Assembly (NCBI GenBank): GCA_965226245.1
Contig: CBDDCL010000015.1
Coordinates: forward strand, 2,166,515 to 2,230,514
Origin: Bryobacterales bacterium
Lineage (GTDB): Bacteria; Acidobacteriota; Terriglobia; Bryobacterales; UBA6623
Reading direction: 5' to 3'
Length of the DNA: 64,000 nt
Positions 37,301 through 47,382 of the stretch are shown in pieces. Below the pieces are notes generated by a model. That model made no database searches, was not told the origin of the DNA, and saw only the letters and a list, made by a program, of their open reading frames with translations. The position numbers and the translations under genes were made by a program. Position 1 is the stretch's first letter; every line of letters begins with the position of its first letter.

Positions 37301-37554
37301 GCGCAAGGCTGTGCTGGTGCTTGGAAAACGGGCTTCTTGGAAACCAACCCGGCAGGAATTCCTCAGCGGATCGGTCCTGCCTAGTCGTTAGTGCCGTATC
37401 GGGGCTGGCTCGGGGTGCAAAGGTTGATGGGAAGGCGATGAGATCCGGTCCGAGGCAGTTTCGATAGGGCGACTGAGGAAGTAGAGGAAGTAGGGACAGA
37501 GCCCGAATAAAGAATCTTTACCCGTCCGATTCGAAACTCCTGGAACTCCTGAAA

Positions 37555-37746
37555 TCAACGGGCACGCGGCGATACGCTGGTCAACGATGGGACCTTGCGC
37601 AGGGGCCGAGGGAGTTTCCTGATGCGGGCCGAGGCCTCGCAGGGGTCCACGGCTTTCTGGGCGTTGAGCCAGAACTCCGGGGTTGTTCGGAAGGCGTCGG
37701 CGAGTTTGAGCGCCATCTCCGCGGTCACCGAGGCGCGGCCGTTCAC
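37555..37746 (-). pseudogene. C-terminal half of a HigA-type antitoxin
   Basis: VNGRASVTAEMALKLADAFRTTPEFWLNAQ. A second shorter relic lies at 38066-38104. Confidence 0.75.
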
Positions 37747-38349
37747 GATTCGCACCCAGCAACCACGGAAGAAGCGGAACCACTCGAATTGCGCCCGCTG
37801 GTAGCCCTTTAGTCGCCGAAAAACCGCTATACCCCGACGCCCCAATCCGCCCTCCTCACATCGCTCTCCGCGGAGACGGACAGGCCGTAGCCCTTTAGTC
37901 GCCGAAAAACCGCTATACCCCTACGCCCCAATCCGCCCTCCTCACATCGCTCTCCGCGGAGACGGACAGGCCCTGGATGGTTTTCGGACCCAGGGTTCCG
38001 CTTCGCTCCACCCATGGGCTACGATCCTGCGCCGCTTCGCGGCTTAACGGCTCAACGGTTCAACCGAGCGCCATCTCGGCGGTCAGCGAGGTGCGGCCGT
38101 TCACGATTCGCACCCAGCAACCACGGAAGAGACGGAACCACTCGAATTGCGCCCGCTGGAAGCCCTTTAGTCGCCGAAAAACCGCGATACCCCGACGCCC
38201 CAATCCGCCCTCCGCACATCGCTCTCCGCGGAGACGGACAGGCCGGTTTGCTCCTACGCCCCGTCCGGGGCTTGCCCTGGATGGTTTTCGGACCCAGGGT
38301 TCCGCTTCGCTCCACCCATGGGCTACGATCCTACGCCGCTTCGCGGCTC
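37741..38349. repeat. Complex locally duplicated repeat cluster
   Basis: ~82-bp unit at about 37805-37886, 37890-37972 and 38163-38245. Blocks 37741-37808/38100-38166 and 37988-38044/38292-38349 are duplicated. Confidence 0.85.
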
Positions 38350-38450
38350 AACCGCTCAACGGAACAGCGACTCAACCGCTCAACGGCTCAATGGAAAAGC
38401 GGCTCAACCGCTCAACGGCTCAAACGCTCAACCGCTCAACGGAAAAGCCG
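38347..38450. repeat. Degenerate 8-bp tandem array (CTCAACCG/CTCAACGG/AAAAGCGG variants), 13 units
   Basis: Read directly in 8-nt register. Confidence 0.9.
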
Positions 38451-38470
38451 ACTGTGCTGAACTAGAAGGT

Positions 38471-39418
38471 GTGGAGATTCAAACCAGTGCCGAGGATATT
38501 GAAAAGCGCCTGGACGTGTTTCTGTCTCAGAAATATCCCGACACCAGCCGGGCGCGGATTCAGCAATGGATTCGTGATGGCCGAGTCCAGGTAAATCAGG
38601 CGCCCGCCCGCGCCTCTCTGCGGCTGCGAGGAAGCGAGGTCGTTTCCGTCGAGCCTGCCCCGGCCACTCCGCTCAAGGCCTTCGCCGAGAACATCCCCCT
38701 CGACCTGCTCCACGAAGATGACGACATCGTCGCCGTCAACAAACCGGCCGGCATGATCGTACACAGCGGCGCCGGCGGTAAATCGGGAACGCTCGTCAAC
38801 GCTCTGCTGCATCACTTTTCCACGCTTTCGACTCTGGGCGGGGAGTTGCGTCCTGGAATCGTCCACCGCCTGGACCGCATGACGAGCGGAGTGCTGCTGG
38901 TGGCCAAGAACGACCTCGCTCACCGGCGTCTGGCCCAGCAGTTCCAAAACCGCGAAATCCAGAAAACGTATTGGGCCATCGTCCACCGGGCGATCGAGAA
39001 GCAGCACCCCGCCGCCAGGAAAGTCGAAGTGGATGGGCACTGGTGGGGCCGGCTCGAGATGCCGATTGGCCGCGACACTCAGCAGCGAATCAAGATGAAC
39101 ACACGCCCAACAGGACGCGCTGCTCAGACCGATTTTCGCGTCCTCCAACAGTCGGCAAGCTGCGCGCTGCTCGAAGTTCGAATCGCAACCGGGCGGACTC
39201 ATCAAATCCGGGTCCACCTGTCGAAAATCGGCCATCCGGTTGTGGGAGACCGCCTTTATGGGGCTCCCGCCATGCCGCCCGGGCTTCCCGCCCTGGAAAG
39301 GTTCTACCTGCACGCGCGCCAGATCGGGTTCCTGCACCCCAACACCAAACAGCCCATTGTGATCGAAGCCCCCTTGCCAAAAGATTTCACGGATTTGATC
39401 CGGCTTCTGGAGCTATAA
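38471..39418 (+). CDS. rluD: RluA-family pseudouridine synthase with S4 domain
   Basis: VNKPAGMIVH, RPGIVHRLDRMTSG, TGRTHQIRVHL and LHAR motifs. GTG start at 38471 inferred because the upstream extension is repeat-derived. Confidence 0.9.
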   Translation: MEIQTSAEDIEKRLDVFLSQKYPDTSRARIQQWIRDGRVQVNQAPARASLRLRGSEVVSVEPAPATPLKAFAENIPLDLLHEDDDIVAVNKPAGMIVHSGAGGKSGTLVNALLHHFSTLSTLGGELRPGIVHRLDRMTSGVLLVAKNDLAHRRLAQQFQNREIQKTYWAIVHRAIEKQHPAARKVEVDGHWWGRLEMPIGRDTQQRIKMNTRPTGRAAQTDFRVLQQSASCALLEVRIATGRTHQIRVHLSKIGHPVVGDRLYGAPAMPPGLPALERFYLHARQIGFLHPNTKQPIVIEAPLPKDFTDLIRLLEL

Positions 39419-39449
39419 TCGAAGGTAAGACTCGGGAGTCCTGGAAAGC

Positions 39450-40430
39450 ATGATCCCGAGGCAACGTCCCATGAAGAGGTTTGGCCTATTTGTTCTTGCC
39501 TCCGCGCTGCTGCTGGCTCAAGACGGCAAGAACGCGCCTGTTGGGGGACCGGAAGATCTCCCCGGCGAAATTGTGGCTCCGAACTCGACGATTCGAGTCG
39601 AGGTCTCCCGTGTCCCGCTGTTGTTTACCGTCACTGATAAGAAAAACCGCTTCATCACAAACCTCGAGCGCGAGGATTTCGAGGTCACCGACAACGGCAA
39701 GAAGCAGAGCATTCGGGAGTTCGTTCGGGAAAGCGACCTGCCGCTGCGAATCGGCATTCTGCTCGACACGAGCAACAGCATCCGGGGCCGCTTCACTTTC
39801 GAACAGGAAGCGGCGATCGAGTTTGTCCGCGGCGTCTTGCAAGAAGAGAAGGACAAAGCGTTTCTTGTCAGTTTTGACACGCGCGCCGAACTGATCGTCG
39901 ACTTCACCAACAACCCCGACGAGTTGGCGAACGGCATCCGGGCGCTGCGGGCCGGGGGCGGCACCACGCTCTACGACGCCATCTACTATGCCTCCCGGGA
40001 CAAGCTGCCCGAGGATTGGCCGCCCGAGCAGTTTCGGCGGGCGCTGGTGATTCTCGGCGACGGCGAAGACAATCAAAGCTCGGTGACGCGCGAAATGGCT
40101 CTCGAGATGGCGCACAAGGCCGAGGCGGTGATCTATGCCATCTCGACGAATCAGAAGGGAGTCCAAATCCCGGGCGACAAAGTGCTCAAGAGGTTCACGC
40201 AGGAAACCGGCGGCGTGGCTTTCCATCCTTTTCAGGCTCGCGATCTGGAGCAATCGTTCGCCGATATTGCCAATGAACTTCGGCATCAGTACTTCATCCT
40301 CTATTCGCCGACCGATTTTGTCGCCGATGGAAGTTTTCACAGAGTGCGGATCAAGACCCGCGTGAAAAACACCGCCGTTCGAACCCGCAAAGGCTACTAC
40401 GCGCCTTTTCCGGGCGAGCAGCGCCGCTAG
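39450..40430 (+). CDS. VWA domain protein (Acidobacteria-type)
   Basis: LLDTSNS MIDAS-like motif, [17 protein letters not shown] and TGG...ELRHQY. Signal peptide. Confidence 0.88.
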   Translation: MIPRQRPMKRFGLFVLASALLLAQDGKNAPVGGPEDLPGEIVAPNSTIRVEVSRVPLLFTVTDKKNRFITNLEREDFEVTDNGKKQSIREFVRESDLPLRIGILLDTSNSIRGRFTFEQEAAIEFVRGVLQEEKDKAFLVSFDTRAELIVDFTNNPDELANGIRALRAGGGTTLYDAIYYASRDKLPEDWPPEQFRRALVILGDGEDNQSSVTREMALEMAHKAEAVIYAISTNQKGVQIPGDKVLKRFTQETGGVAFHPFQARDLEQSFADIANELRHQYFILYSPTDFVADGSFHRVRIKTRVKNTAVRTRKGYYAPFPGEQRR

Positions 40431-40487
40431 CCTCCGCGGCCCGTCCAGCGCCGCGCGCAATTTTTTTTCGGAATCGCCTGTTTCCTC

Positions 40488-40516
40488 TTTCGCTTTTTGT
40501 TCGCCCATGGTACAAT
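40488..40516 (+). promoter_or_regulatory. recA promoter: extended -10 (TGG TACAAT) and candidate LexA box TTTC-N7-GTTC
   Basis: TGGTACAAT at 40508-40516. TTTC (40488-40491), 7 nt, GTTC (40499-40502): one mismatch to GTTC-N7-GTTC. Confidence 0.5.
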
Positions 40517-40560
40517 TGCGGACAAGACCATTGTCCGCCTGGAAAAAGGAGCTTATCCAA

Positions 40561-41628
40561 ATGGATCAGAAAGATCGTGAACGCAGCCTAGAGCTGGCGC
40601 TAGGTGAAATTGAAAAAGCCCATGGAAAGGGATCGATCCTGCGTCTCGGGTCGCGAGACGTTGTCCCGGTCAGCGCCATCCCGACCGGATCGATTTCGGT
40701 GGACTCCGCCCTGGGAGTGGGCGGATTGCCGCGTGGCCGGGTTGTCGAAATCTTCGGACCGGAATCCTCCGGCAAAACCACGCTGGCGCTGTCCGCGCTT
40801 GCCCAGGCCCAAAAATTGGGGGGGATGTGCGCCTTCATCGACGCCGAGCACGCCATGGATCCGATCTATGCCGCAAAGCTCGGTGTCGATGTCGACAATT
40901 TGCTGGTCTCGCAACCCGACAGCGGCGAGCAAGCCTTGCAGATCGTTGATGTTTTGGTCCGCTCCAGCGCCATCGACCTGCTTGTGGTGGACTCGGTCGC
41001 CGCACTGGTCCCCCGGGCCGAGCTGGAAGGAGAAATGGGCGACAGCCACATGGGTCTGCAAGCGCGCCTGATGTCGCAAGCTCTGCGCAAGCTTACGGGA
41101 GCGGTGTTCAAGTCGAACTGTTGCCTGATTTTCATCAACCAGATCCGCGAGAAGATCGGTGTCATGTTCGGCAGCCCGGAGACGACCACCGGCGGCCGCG
41201 CTTTGAAGTTTTACACCTCCATACGACTCGACATTCGCCGTATCGGTCAGATCAAGGACGGCGATCGCGTGATTGGCAACCGCACCAAGGTCAAGGTCGT
41301 CAAGAACAAGGTCGCGCCGCCATTCCGGCTGGCCGAGTTCGACATCATGTACGGCGAGGGCATCTCGCTCGAAGGCGACCTGCTCGACCAGGGAGTCGCC
41401 AACGGCATCGTGGCCAAGAGCGGCGCCTGGTACTCCTATGGAGGCGAGCGCATTGGTCAAGGCCGCGAGAACTCCAAACAGTTCCTGAGGGACAATCCGG
41501 ACATTCGTGACCGGCTCGAAACCGAGCTGCGGCAGGCGCTCGGCCTGGCCCCGCAGCCCCGCCCCGAACTCGCGGAAGTTCCCGAGGACGAAAAAGCCGC
41601 CAGCTCAAAGGCAGCCGCGCAGGGGTAG
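40561..41628 (+). CDS. recA: Recombinase A
   Basis: [37 protein letters not shown] and GGRALKFY motifs. Confidence 0.98.
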   Translation: MDQKDRERSLELALGEIEKAHGKGSILRLGSRDVVPVSAIPTGSISVDSALGVGGLPRGRVVEIFGPESSGKTTLALSALAQAQKLGGMCAFIDAEHAMDPIYAAKLGVDVDNLLVSQPDSGEQALQIVDVLVRSSAIDLLVVDSVAALVPRAELEGEMGDSHMGLQARLMSQALRKLTGAVFKSNCCLIFINQIREKIGVMFGSPETTTGGRALKFYTSIRLDIRRIGQIKDGDRVIGNRTKVKVVKNKVAPPFRLAEFDIMYGEGISLEGDLLDQGVANGIVAKSGAWYSYGGERIGQGRENSKQFLRDNPDIRDRLETELRQALGLAPQPRPELAEVPEDEKAASSKAAAQG

Positions 41629-41705
41629 AGTCACAACTCCGGTTTCGGTATTTGGCGGGCGGCGCGAGTGCAGCCGGGATGCGCTCGGCGCTGCCTTGTC
41701 CTCTT

Positions 41706-41839
41706 CTCCGCGCCGGAACAGAGCCGCGCCCGCAAGGGTGCGGTCGAGTCTGGCAGTGACCGCATTTCCGGTGGCGGCCCCGACGCACTGACTACCCTCG
41801 ACCGCACCCTTGCGGGCGCGGCTCTGTTCCGGCGCGGAG
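41706..41839. repeat. Perfect 43-bp inverted repeat (REPIN-like) between convergent recA and ggt
   Basis: 41706-41748 is the exact reverse complement of 41797-41839. Confidence 0.92.
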
Positions 41840-43675
41840 CTACCATCCCACTGCATAGGCCACCCTTCTCGGGTCCGCTCCCGCGGCCATCGTCCCTTTC
41901 TCCAGGTCATGGAGGATTCCCTGCATGCTGCCTAAGGCGTAGCCGTCGATTCGCTCGACCTTGTGCCCCATGTTTTTGAGTTTGTTGGTTACGCCTTCGG
42001 AAATCCGGTTTTCGACACGCACCGTGATTGGGGAACCAGGCTTGTAGAAACTCGGGTCGGCGACAAGAGCCAGTCTCGGGGCCGCAATCGCTTCCTGGAT
42101 TTCCATTCCGAAGTCGAGCACGTTGATGACCGCCTGAAACTGCGTCTGGCCGATCGTTTCTCCCCCCGGCGTACCAATGGCCAGCACGAATCGCCCGTTC
42201 TTCAGGACAATGATCGGCGAGTTGTTCAGTATGGGGATCTGACCGCCGCGCGCGTAGTTGACATGATCGGGGTAGGGTGCGGTCGAGCCAATGCGGGTGC
42301 CGTTGTTGAAAGTCAGGCCGGTGCTGCCGACCACAACGCCGGTACCGAACGCGCTGCCATGGGTGGGCGTGCAGGCGACTGCGTTGCCGTGCTTGTCGAC
42401 AATCGAAAAGCTGTCGGTGTGACCCTCGGGATCGATTCGCTCCGAGAACCGCGTCGGGCGATGGGAAGCCAGCCGCGCATCCGTCTTTCCTGCCCTCTCG
42501 CCACCCGCATCACCTGGCTCTGGATAAGCCATCGCTTTGGCGGCATCGATCAGCTTGCGCCGCTCAGCCGCGTACTGCTTCGAAAGCATCCCCGCGACGG
42601 GAAGGTCGGTGGTCTTGGGGTCGGCGACATAGCGATACACGTCGGCCTTGGCGACCTTGATGCTTTCGACGACGAGATGCAGGACTTCAGGCGAGTTGTG
42701 CCCGAGCTTCTTCAAGTCAAACCCCTCGATCAGGTTGAGCTGCATCGTCACTTCGAACCCGCCCCGCGAAGTCGACGGGCTGCTGTAGACGTCATAGCCG
42801 CGATAGGTTGTATGAACAGGCTCGGCCCAGATCGGCTCGTAACCGGCGAGATCTTCGGCGCCAAACAACCCGCCATGTTCTTTGTAGAAGCGGATCACCT
42901 CCGCGGCGATGTCCCCTTTGTAGAAGCGGTCAAAAGCCGCCCGAAGAGCCTCGGATCGTGACTTCCCCTGTTTCAGAGCCGCCTGCTCGGCTTCCACGAC
43001 TTTCGTGAATGTAGAAGCCAAGCCCGGTTTCGTCACTCTCTCATTCGCAACAGGCATTCGTCCCTGGGGGAAGAACGCGGCGCGGCTCGATGCAAACTTC
43101 TCGAACAGCTCCTGGTGGCCGGCAATACTCCCGACTACGGACTTCTCGATCGGGTGACCGTTTTCGGCGTAATCGATTGCGGGTTGCAAAAGCTCGCCGA
43201 GACTCATCGTTCCGAAGCGGTCGAGCGACGCCACCCAGCCGCCGAAAAGGCCGGGCGCCACGCCCGCCTTGATGCCCTTCCTCAGCTCTTCGTCCGTGAC
43301 TTCAGCGGCGTTTAGCGCCTTTGGAGCAGCGCCCGTTGCGTTTAATGAATAGACCCTGGCGGTGGATTTCTCATAGATCGTCATGAAGCCGTTGCCGCCG
43401 GCTCCCGACATTTGCGGACGAACGACGTTGAGCGTCGCCAGCACGGCGACCGAAGCATCGACCGCGTTTCCGCCCTTGAGCAGGATTTGCATGCCAGCCA
43501 TGGAGGCCAGCGGATGGCCCGAGGTGACCAGGCCGTGCATGCCGGGAACGGAGGGGCGGCGGGCGCCGCGGGGTGTTTCGGCCTTGGGTGGCTGGGGGCC
43601 GGGGCCGCAACCGGTGAGGGTGACGATGACAAACGACAGCGAAACGGCTAATGCAATGTTTGCTCGGTTCCACAT
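41840..43675 (-). CDS. ggt: Gamma-glutamyltransferase family protein, lipoprotein-type signal
   Basis: GGNAVDA, HTDSFSIVDKHGN (Thr nucleophile), GTPGG and GADPRR motifs. Confidence 0.9.
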   Translation of the reverse strand: MWNRANIALAVSLSFVIVTLTGCGPGPQPPKAETPRGARRPSVPGMHGLVTSGHPLASMAGMQILLKGGNAVDASVAVLATLNVVRPQMSGAGGNGFMTIYEKSTARVYSLNATGAAPKALNAAEVTDEELRKGIKAGVAPGLFGGWVASLDRFGTMSLGELLQPAIDYAENGHPIEKSVVGSIAGHQELFEKFASSRAAFFPQGRMPVANERVTKPGLASTFTKVVEAEQAALKQGKSRSEALRAAFDRFYKGDIAAEVIRFYKEHGGLFGAEDLAGYEPIWAEPVHTTYRGYDVYSSPSTSRGGFEVTMQLNLIEGFDLKKLGHNSPEVLHLVVESIKVAKADVYRYVADPKTTDLPVAGMLSKQYAAERRKLIDAAKAMAYPEPGDAGGERAGKTDARLASHRPTRFSERIDPEGHTDSFSIVDKHGNAVACTPTHGSAFGTGVVVGSTGLTFNNGTRIGSTAPYPDHVNYARGGQIPILNNSPIIVLKNGRFVLAIGTPGGETIGQTQFQAVINVLDFGMEIQEAIAAPRLALVADPSFYKPGSPITVRVENRISEGVTNKLKNMGHKVERIDGYALGSMQGILHDLEKGTMAAGADPRRVAYAVGW

Positions 43676-43766
43676 GGGTCGATCTCCTTGGGCAGTAGGT
43701 CCCGGCTCTCAGCCGGTCCCTAGAGTTTCTACATTCTGCAGACAGGGGGGACGAACCGCCCTGAGG

Positions 43767-43812
43767 TGGCGCGCGCCTCCCGGCGGGCCGCGTCGGCCTC
43801 CGGGCCGACGTA
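43767..43812 (-). repeat. Hairpin repeat homologous to the intron 5' exon (241-286)
   Basis: 43/46 identity in reverse complement. Confidence 0.88.
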
Positions 43813-43955
43813 ACGTGGCCTTCCGTCCGCACCCGGACCTGCTCTCAGCCGGTCCTTCGGCGCCGGAGCGGGGACGAAGGCCGGCAGGGGCTTTGAACCG
43901 CCGCGTTATCAAGCCGAGACGCCCTCGGCACAAGAGCAGCCGGCCAAAGTTTGTT

Positions 43956-45143
43956 TCAATCCACCTTGTACGGCGTGAGGCTGGCTCTTGACACATAGGC
44001 CACAACGTCCGTATCGGTGCGGATCAAACAAAACTTCCCTTTACCTTCAATCATCGTCACCTTTGTACCCGCTAGCAGCTCGCCGTCGGGACGCTTTGAT
44101 TCCCCGGGGCCATCGAGGTAGTAGCGAGTGTCGTCTCGAAGCCTGTGGGTGAACTCCAGGAGCTCGGACTCTCGAAACTTCCATTCGTCGGGCAACTGGA
44201 CGACCAAGGCAACACCGGCGGGTTCGGGATGACTTTCGTTGACCAGCACAAGGCTTTCGTTTTCTTCGAACCAATCCAGCCCTTCCCAGTTTGTCGCTTT
44301 CCACTCAGGAGGGGCGATGAGGTCAAGATCGAGAGGGGCTCCGATTGGTTCTCCGTCGCGTGAGAATCGCTGCAGCCAATGGTATTGGTATTCTCGCTCG
44401 CCTTTCGAGTTGTGGGAACTAAGCAAGACAATGAAACCCCAAGCGCCATCGGCTTCGCGGCGCCAAACCAGATCCGGAGCGCGGAAGCGTTGCGCCCGAG
44501 GCGCCCTTCCTCTCGGTCGTGGCGCCTGCAGCGTGATAAAGTTCGGTGACCGAATGAGTATGCCGCTGTCACCAGGGCTGAGGGTGTGAAGAAGTACGAT
44601 CGGGCGCAGCGCCAAGCGGCCTACCTTTGGCTGTAGCTGTGCCGGCACGTGCTGGTACTCGGGGTATCCGCCCTCCCACAGTACGGCCACGCGGGAACTG
44701 CCATCGGGCATGGCACGAACCGCCAAGCCCTCCAACCCGCGTTTGCCAAACTCGGCGAGCGGCGCATCGTAGCTGGCAACCACCCCATCCGGACCAAACA
44801 GGGCTCGCAGCCGCTCGGAAAGCACAACAACCCGGCCGTCACCCAGCACCTCAATCGACTCCGTGTCGGTAACCAGGTTGCCGTAGGGAAGCTGAATTCT
44901 TTCCAGTGCGCCGGGCTCGATCGGAATCAGCGGCCCTTTTCGTCCCCGCAGGGACAAGCGGAAGTAGGCGCCACGCTGGCCGTCATCCACGATCAGCAGG
45001 TGATCCCCGGAACGCACGACGCCGGACGCCTCGGCGATCGCGAAATTCTCAGCGGCCGGTGACAAGTTCACGAACAGGCTGCAAAAAAGAGAAGCGAAAA
45101 GAATGGATAGGCGGATCGGCACAACAGGATTCCAGCCACTCAT
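43956..45143 (-). CDS. Secreted hypothetical protein (beta-propeller/phytase-esterase-like) with C-terminal SH3-like domain
   Basis: Signal peptide, EASGV and GLEGLAV/WEGLDW motifs. Domain calls are tentative. Confidence 0.6.
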   Translation of the reverse strand: MSGWNPVVPIRLSILFASLFCSLFVNLSPAAENFAIAEASGVVRSGDHLLIVDDGQRGAYFRLSLRGRKGPLIPIEPGALERIQLPYGNLVTDTESIEVLGDGRVVVLSERLRALFGPDGVVASYDAPLAEFGKRGLEGLAVRAMPDGSSRVAVLWEGGYPEYQHVPAQLQPKVGRLALRPIVLLHTLSPGDSGILIRSPNFITLQAPRPRGRAPRAQRFRAPDLVWRREADGAWGFIVLLSSHNSKGEREYQYHWLQRFSRDGEPIGAPLDLDLIAPPEWKATNWEGLDWFEENESLVLVNESHPEPAGVALVVQLPDEWKFRESELLEFTHRLRDDTRYYLDGPGESKRPDGELLAGTKVTMIEGKGKFCLIRTDTDVVAYVSRASLTPYKVD

Positions 45144-45494
45144 ATCTTACCGAAACACCACAGAAGAGGCTTCTGGGCCGGTCTTGGACCCTGCATGGTT
45201 GACGAGATTTCGGATTGCCAAGTTGCAATCTAATACGATTGAGGGCCTGGTTCGGTTTCCGGGCGAGCCACCAATATCGCCCCGCCGAGGCTTGGCTCTT
45301 TGATTTGCTCCTATCGTTATCACAATCCCCAGGTTAAAGCCCTCGGCTGTTGATGTTGTGCCCCTTCGGGGTAGGGGAGCGGCAAAATTGCCGGTCCTTA
45401 CTGAAGACTTCAGCGGGTTTCTCTTGTTAATGCTTGCGGCGAGAGGGGGTGGGATAATGACTTCGGTCCCTTTCGAGAATCTCAGGAGAATTGC

Positions 45495-46430
45495 GTGATG
45501 ATCCGGTATTCGGTTTTAGCTTTTGGCATGGTGGTAACGGCGCTCGCGGGTGATGCGCAATTCAATGGCAAATGGGTGATCGACGCCCAGCCGCCCCACA
45601 CTCGCGCGCTTTGGCTCAGAATCACGGGAGCCGGGACGGACCAGCTTGAGGGCCGCTTCGTGGGCGGCGTGTCCGGCCGTTCGCAACCCCTTGTCAACGC
45701 CAAGATCGTGGACAGCGAGCTGAGCTTTCTCGTTGAGAGGTATGTGGAAAGCAGCAAGCAGTGGCGGCGCGCGACGACGACGGTGCGCGTCGTTGGAGAT
45801 AAATTGCAGGGGGCGACTCAGCGCGGGAACGGGGAGATCAAGTGGGTTGGGCGACGCTCCGAGGTAGTCGCCGACCGGGATGACGGGAGCTGGCGCTCGG
45901 GCGAGCCGGTCGTCCTGTTCGCGGGCAAAGACCTATCTGCATGGCATGGGCAGTCACCCGGCGGCGAGAAAACCTGGCACGTGGACAAGAACATTCTCCG
46001 CAACAGGGATAAGGGCGACATGCTGGTCTCGAACGAGAAGTTCTGGAATTTCAAGCTGCATGTGGAGTACCGGGTCGCCCCTCACAGCAACAGTGGAATC
46101 GGTTTGCGCTCGCGTTATGAAGTCCAAATTCTCGACGATCACGGAGAACCGGCCTCCATCCACGGCAACGGCGCGGTGTACAGCACGATCAAGCCCAGCT
46201 CGAACGCCAGCTTGCCGGCCGATTCGTGGCAGACTTTCGACATCACTCTCATCGGGCGCGACGTAACTGTTGTCCTCAACGGAAAGACCACGATCGACAA
46301 GCAGGAGATCGAAGGCCTTACCGCCATTGCCACCGATACGAAGGAGAACGAGCCCGGGCCCATTACGCTGCAGGGCGACCACGGCCCGATCGCATTTCGC
46401 TCGATTGTCGTAACGCCGCTGGTGAGGTAG
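45495..46430 (+). CDS. DUF1080 (3-keto-disaccharide hydrolase-like) protein
   Basis: LF.GKDLS.W, F.LHVEY, NSGI, YEVQILD and ITLQGDHG.IAFRSI motifs. Confidence 0.85.
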   Translation: MMIRYSVLAFGMVVTALAGDAQFNGKWVIDAQPPHTRALWLRITGAGTDQLEGRFVGGVSGRSQPLVNAKIVDSELSFLVERYVESSKQWRRATTTVRVVGDKLQGATQRGNGEIKWVGRRSEVVADRDDGSWRSGEPVVLFAGKDLSAWHGQSPGGEKTWHVDKNILRNRDKGDMLVSNEKFWNFKLHVEYRVAPHSNSGIGLRSRYEVQILDDHGEPASIHGNGAVYSTIKPSSNASLPADSWQTFDITLIGRDVTVVLNGKTTIDKQEIEGLTAIATDTKENEPGPITLQGDHGPIAFRSIVVTPLVR

Positions 46431-46565
46431 GGGTCGGCGGAAATGTTGGGGCCTGGGGGCGCAACACTGCGTCGACAGAAGTGTCGACGCGGCAAGCTGA
46501 GAGCTTGCGCCACGTCAGGGCGGCGGGTCAGGCGAGCGGCGTGTGGCTAACCTGCCGACCCGTTC

Positions 46566-47201
46566 TTGCCGATGAGGGGGAGAGAGATGCTCTCGGTCCC
46601 TTGTCCTGTCCTTTGTCGAGCGCTGGGGCTCGTGCTGATCGTGATCGCTGCCGCGGACGGTTTGTCAGCGCAACTCAAAGGCTTTCCGTGGATCAATCGC
46701 GGCGACCCCAAAATCAACGCGGGCGTATTTGTCAACGCCCCTCGGTTCAAGCTGGCTTGCAAGGAAGTCGGGGTGTTTCCCTTCCGCGTGCCCGATCAAG
46801 GAGAACCGCAAGCATCTGCCTTTGCTACATTGCTTCGTCAAGCGCTTCTGATGCAAGGCGCCGCCGAAACGATCGCGGATATCCCGTCACTTCCCTGGGA
46901 TGACATGCCTGCTTGGAAGCTTCGCGAGCTGACCGACGCGGAGAAGATATCGGCCGTCGCGAAAGATGGTGACGCCCGCCGCCTGGACCTTGTGGTTCTC
47001 GGCAGCGTGGACTCACTGTTTCGCAAGCCGTCGGGCGGCCTCGAAGCCCGCGTGACGATCCGCGTCGTCGATACGAGTGACGGAGAGATCTTGTGGTATG
47101 GAACCCGCCAAGCCGCCTGGATTCGCTACTTCCCCGCGGAAGAGTGCCTTCTCCACATCGCCTGGTCGTTTGTCGAGGCCTGGGCGGGGTCCGGGCGCTA
47201 G
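46566..47201 (+). CDS. Secreted hypothetical protein
   Basis: Signal peptide. LDLVVLGSV...RVVDTSDGEILW resembles TolB-N/CsgG-like folds. Confidence 0.6.
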   Translation: MPMRGREMLSVPCPVLCRALGLVLIVIAAADGLSAQLKGFPWINRGDPKINAGVFVNAPRFKLACKEVGVFPFRVPDQGEPQASAFATLLRQALLMQGAAETIADIPSLPWDDMPAWKLRELTDAEKISAVAKDGDARRLDLVVLGSVDSLFRKPSGGLEARVTIRVVDTSDGEILWYGTRQAAWIRYFPAEECLLHIAWSFVEAWAGSGR

Positions 47202-47382
47202 CCCGCTTTTCTCACCGCGTGGCGAGGCGAAGTGCGTGAGAGGCCCGTCAGTGCGAGGCGCGCGCCGCTCAGCGCGCGGAGGCGTACTTGAACAGTACGG
47301 TGAGCACGGTGAGCAAGCGCAACGAAGTAATGGCGGGCCTGTCGCGTGCTTCGACCGTCAGGCGGTGAGAAATGCGGGCTAG
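47198..47382. mobile_element. MITE-like element with CTAG termini
   Basis: 21-bp TIRs (47198-47218/47362-47382, 20/21 match). Partial second copy at 50836-50885. Confidence 0.72.

Noticed and set aside
37741-38450. CRISPR-like array
   Set aside because: The units are abutting or degenerate duplications without unique, equal-length spacers, and no cas genes are present.
38318-38470. N-terminal extension of RluD
   Set aside because: It is a translation of the REP and 8-mer array. Similarity starts near GTG 38471.
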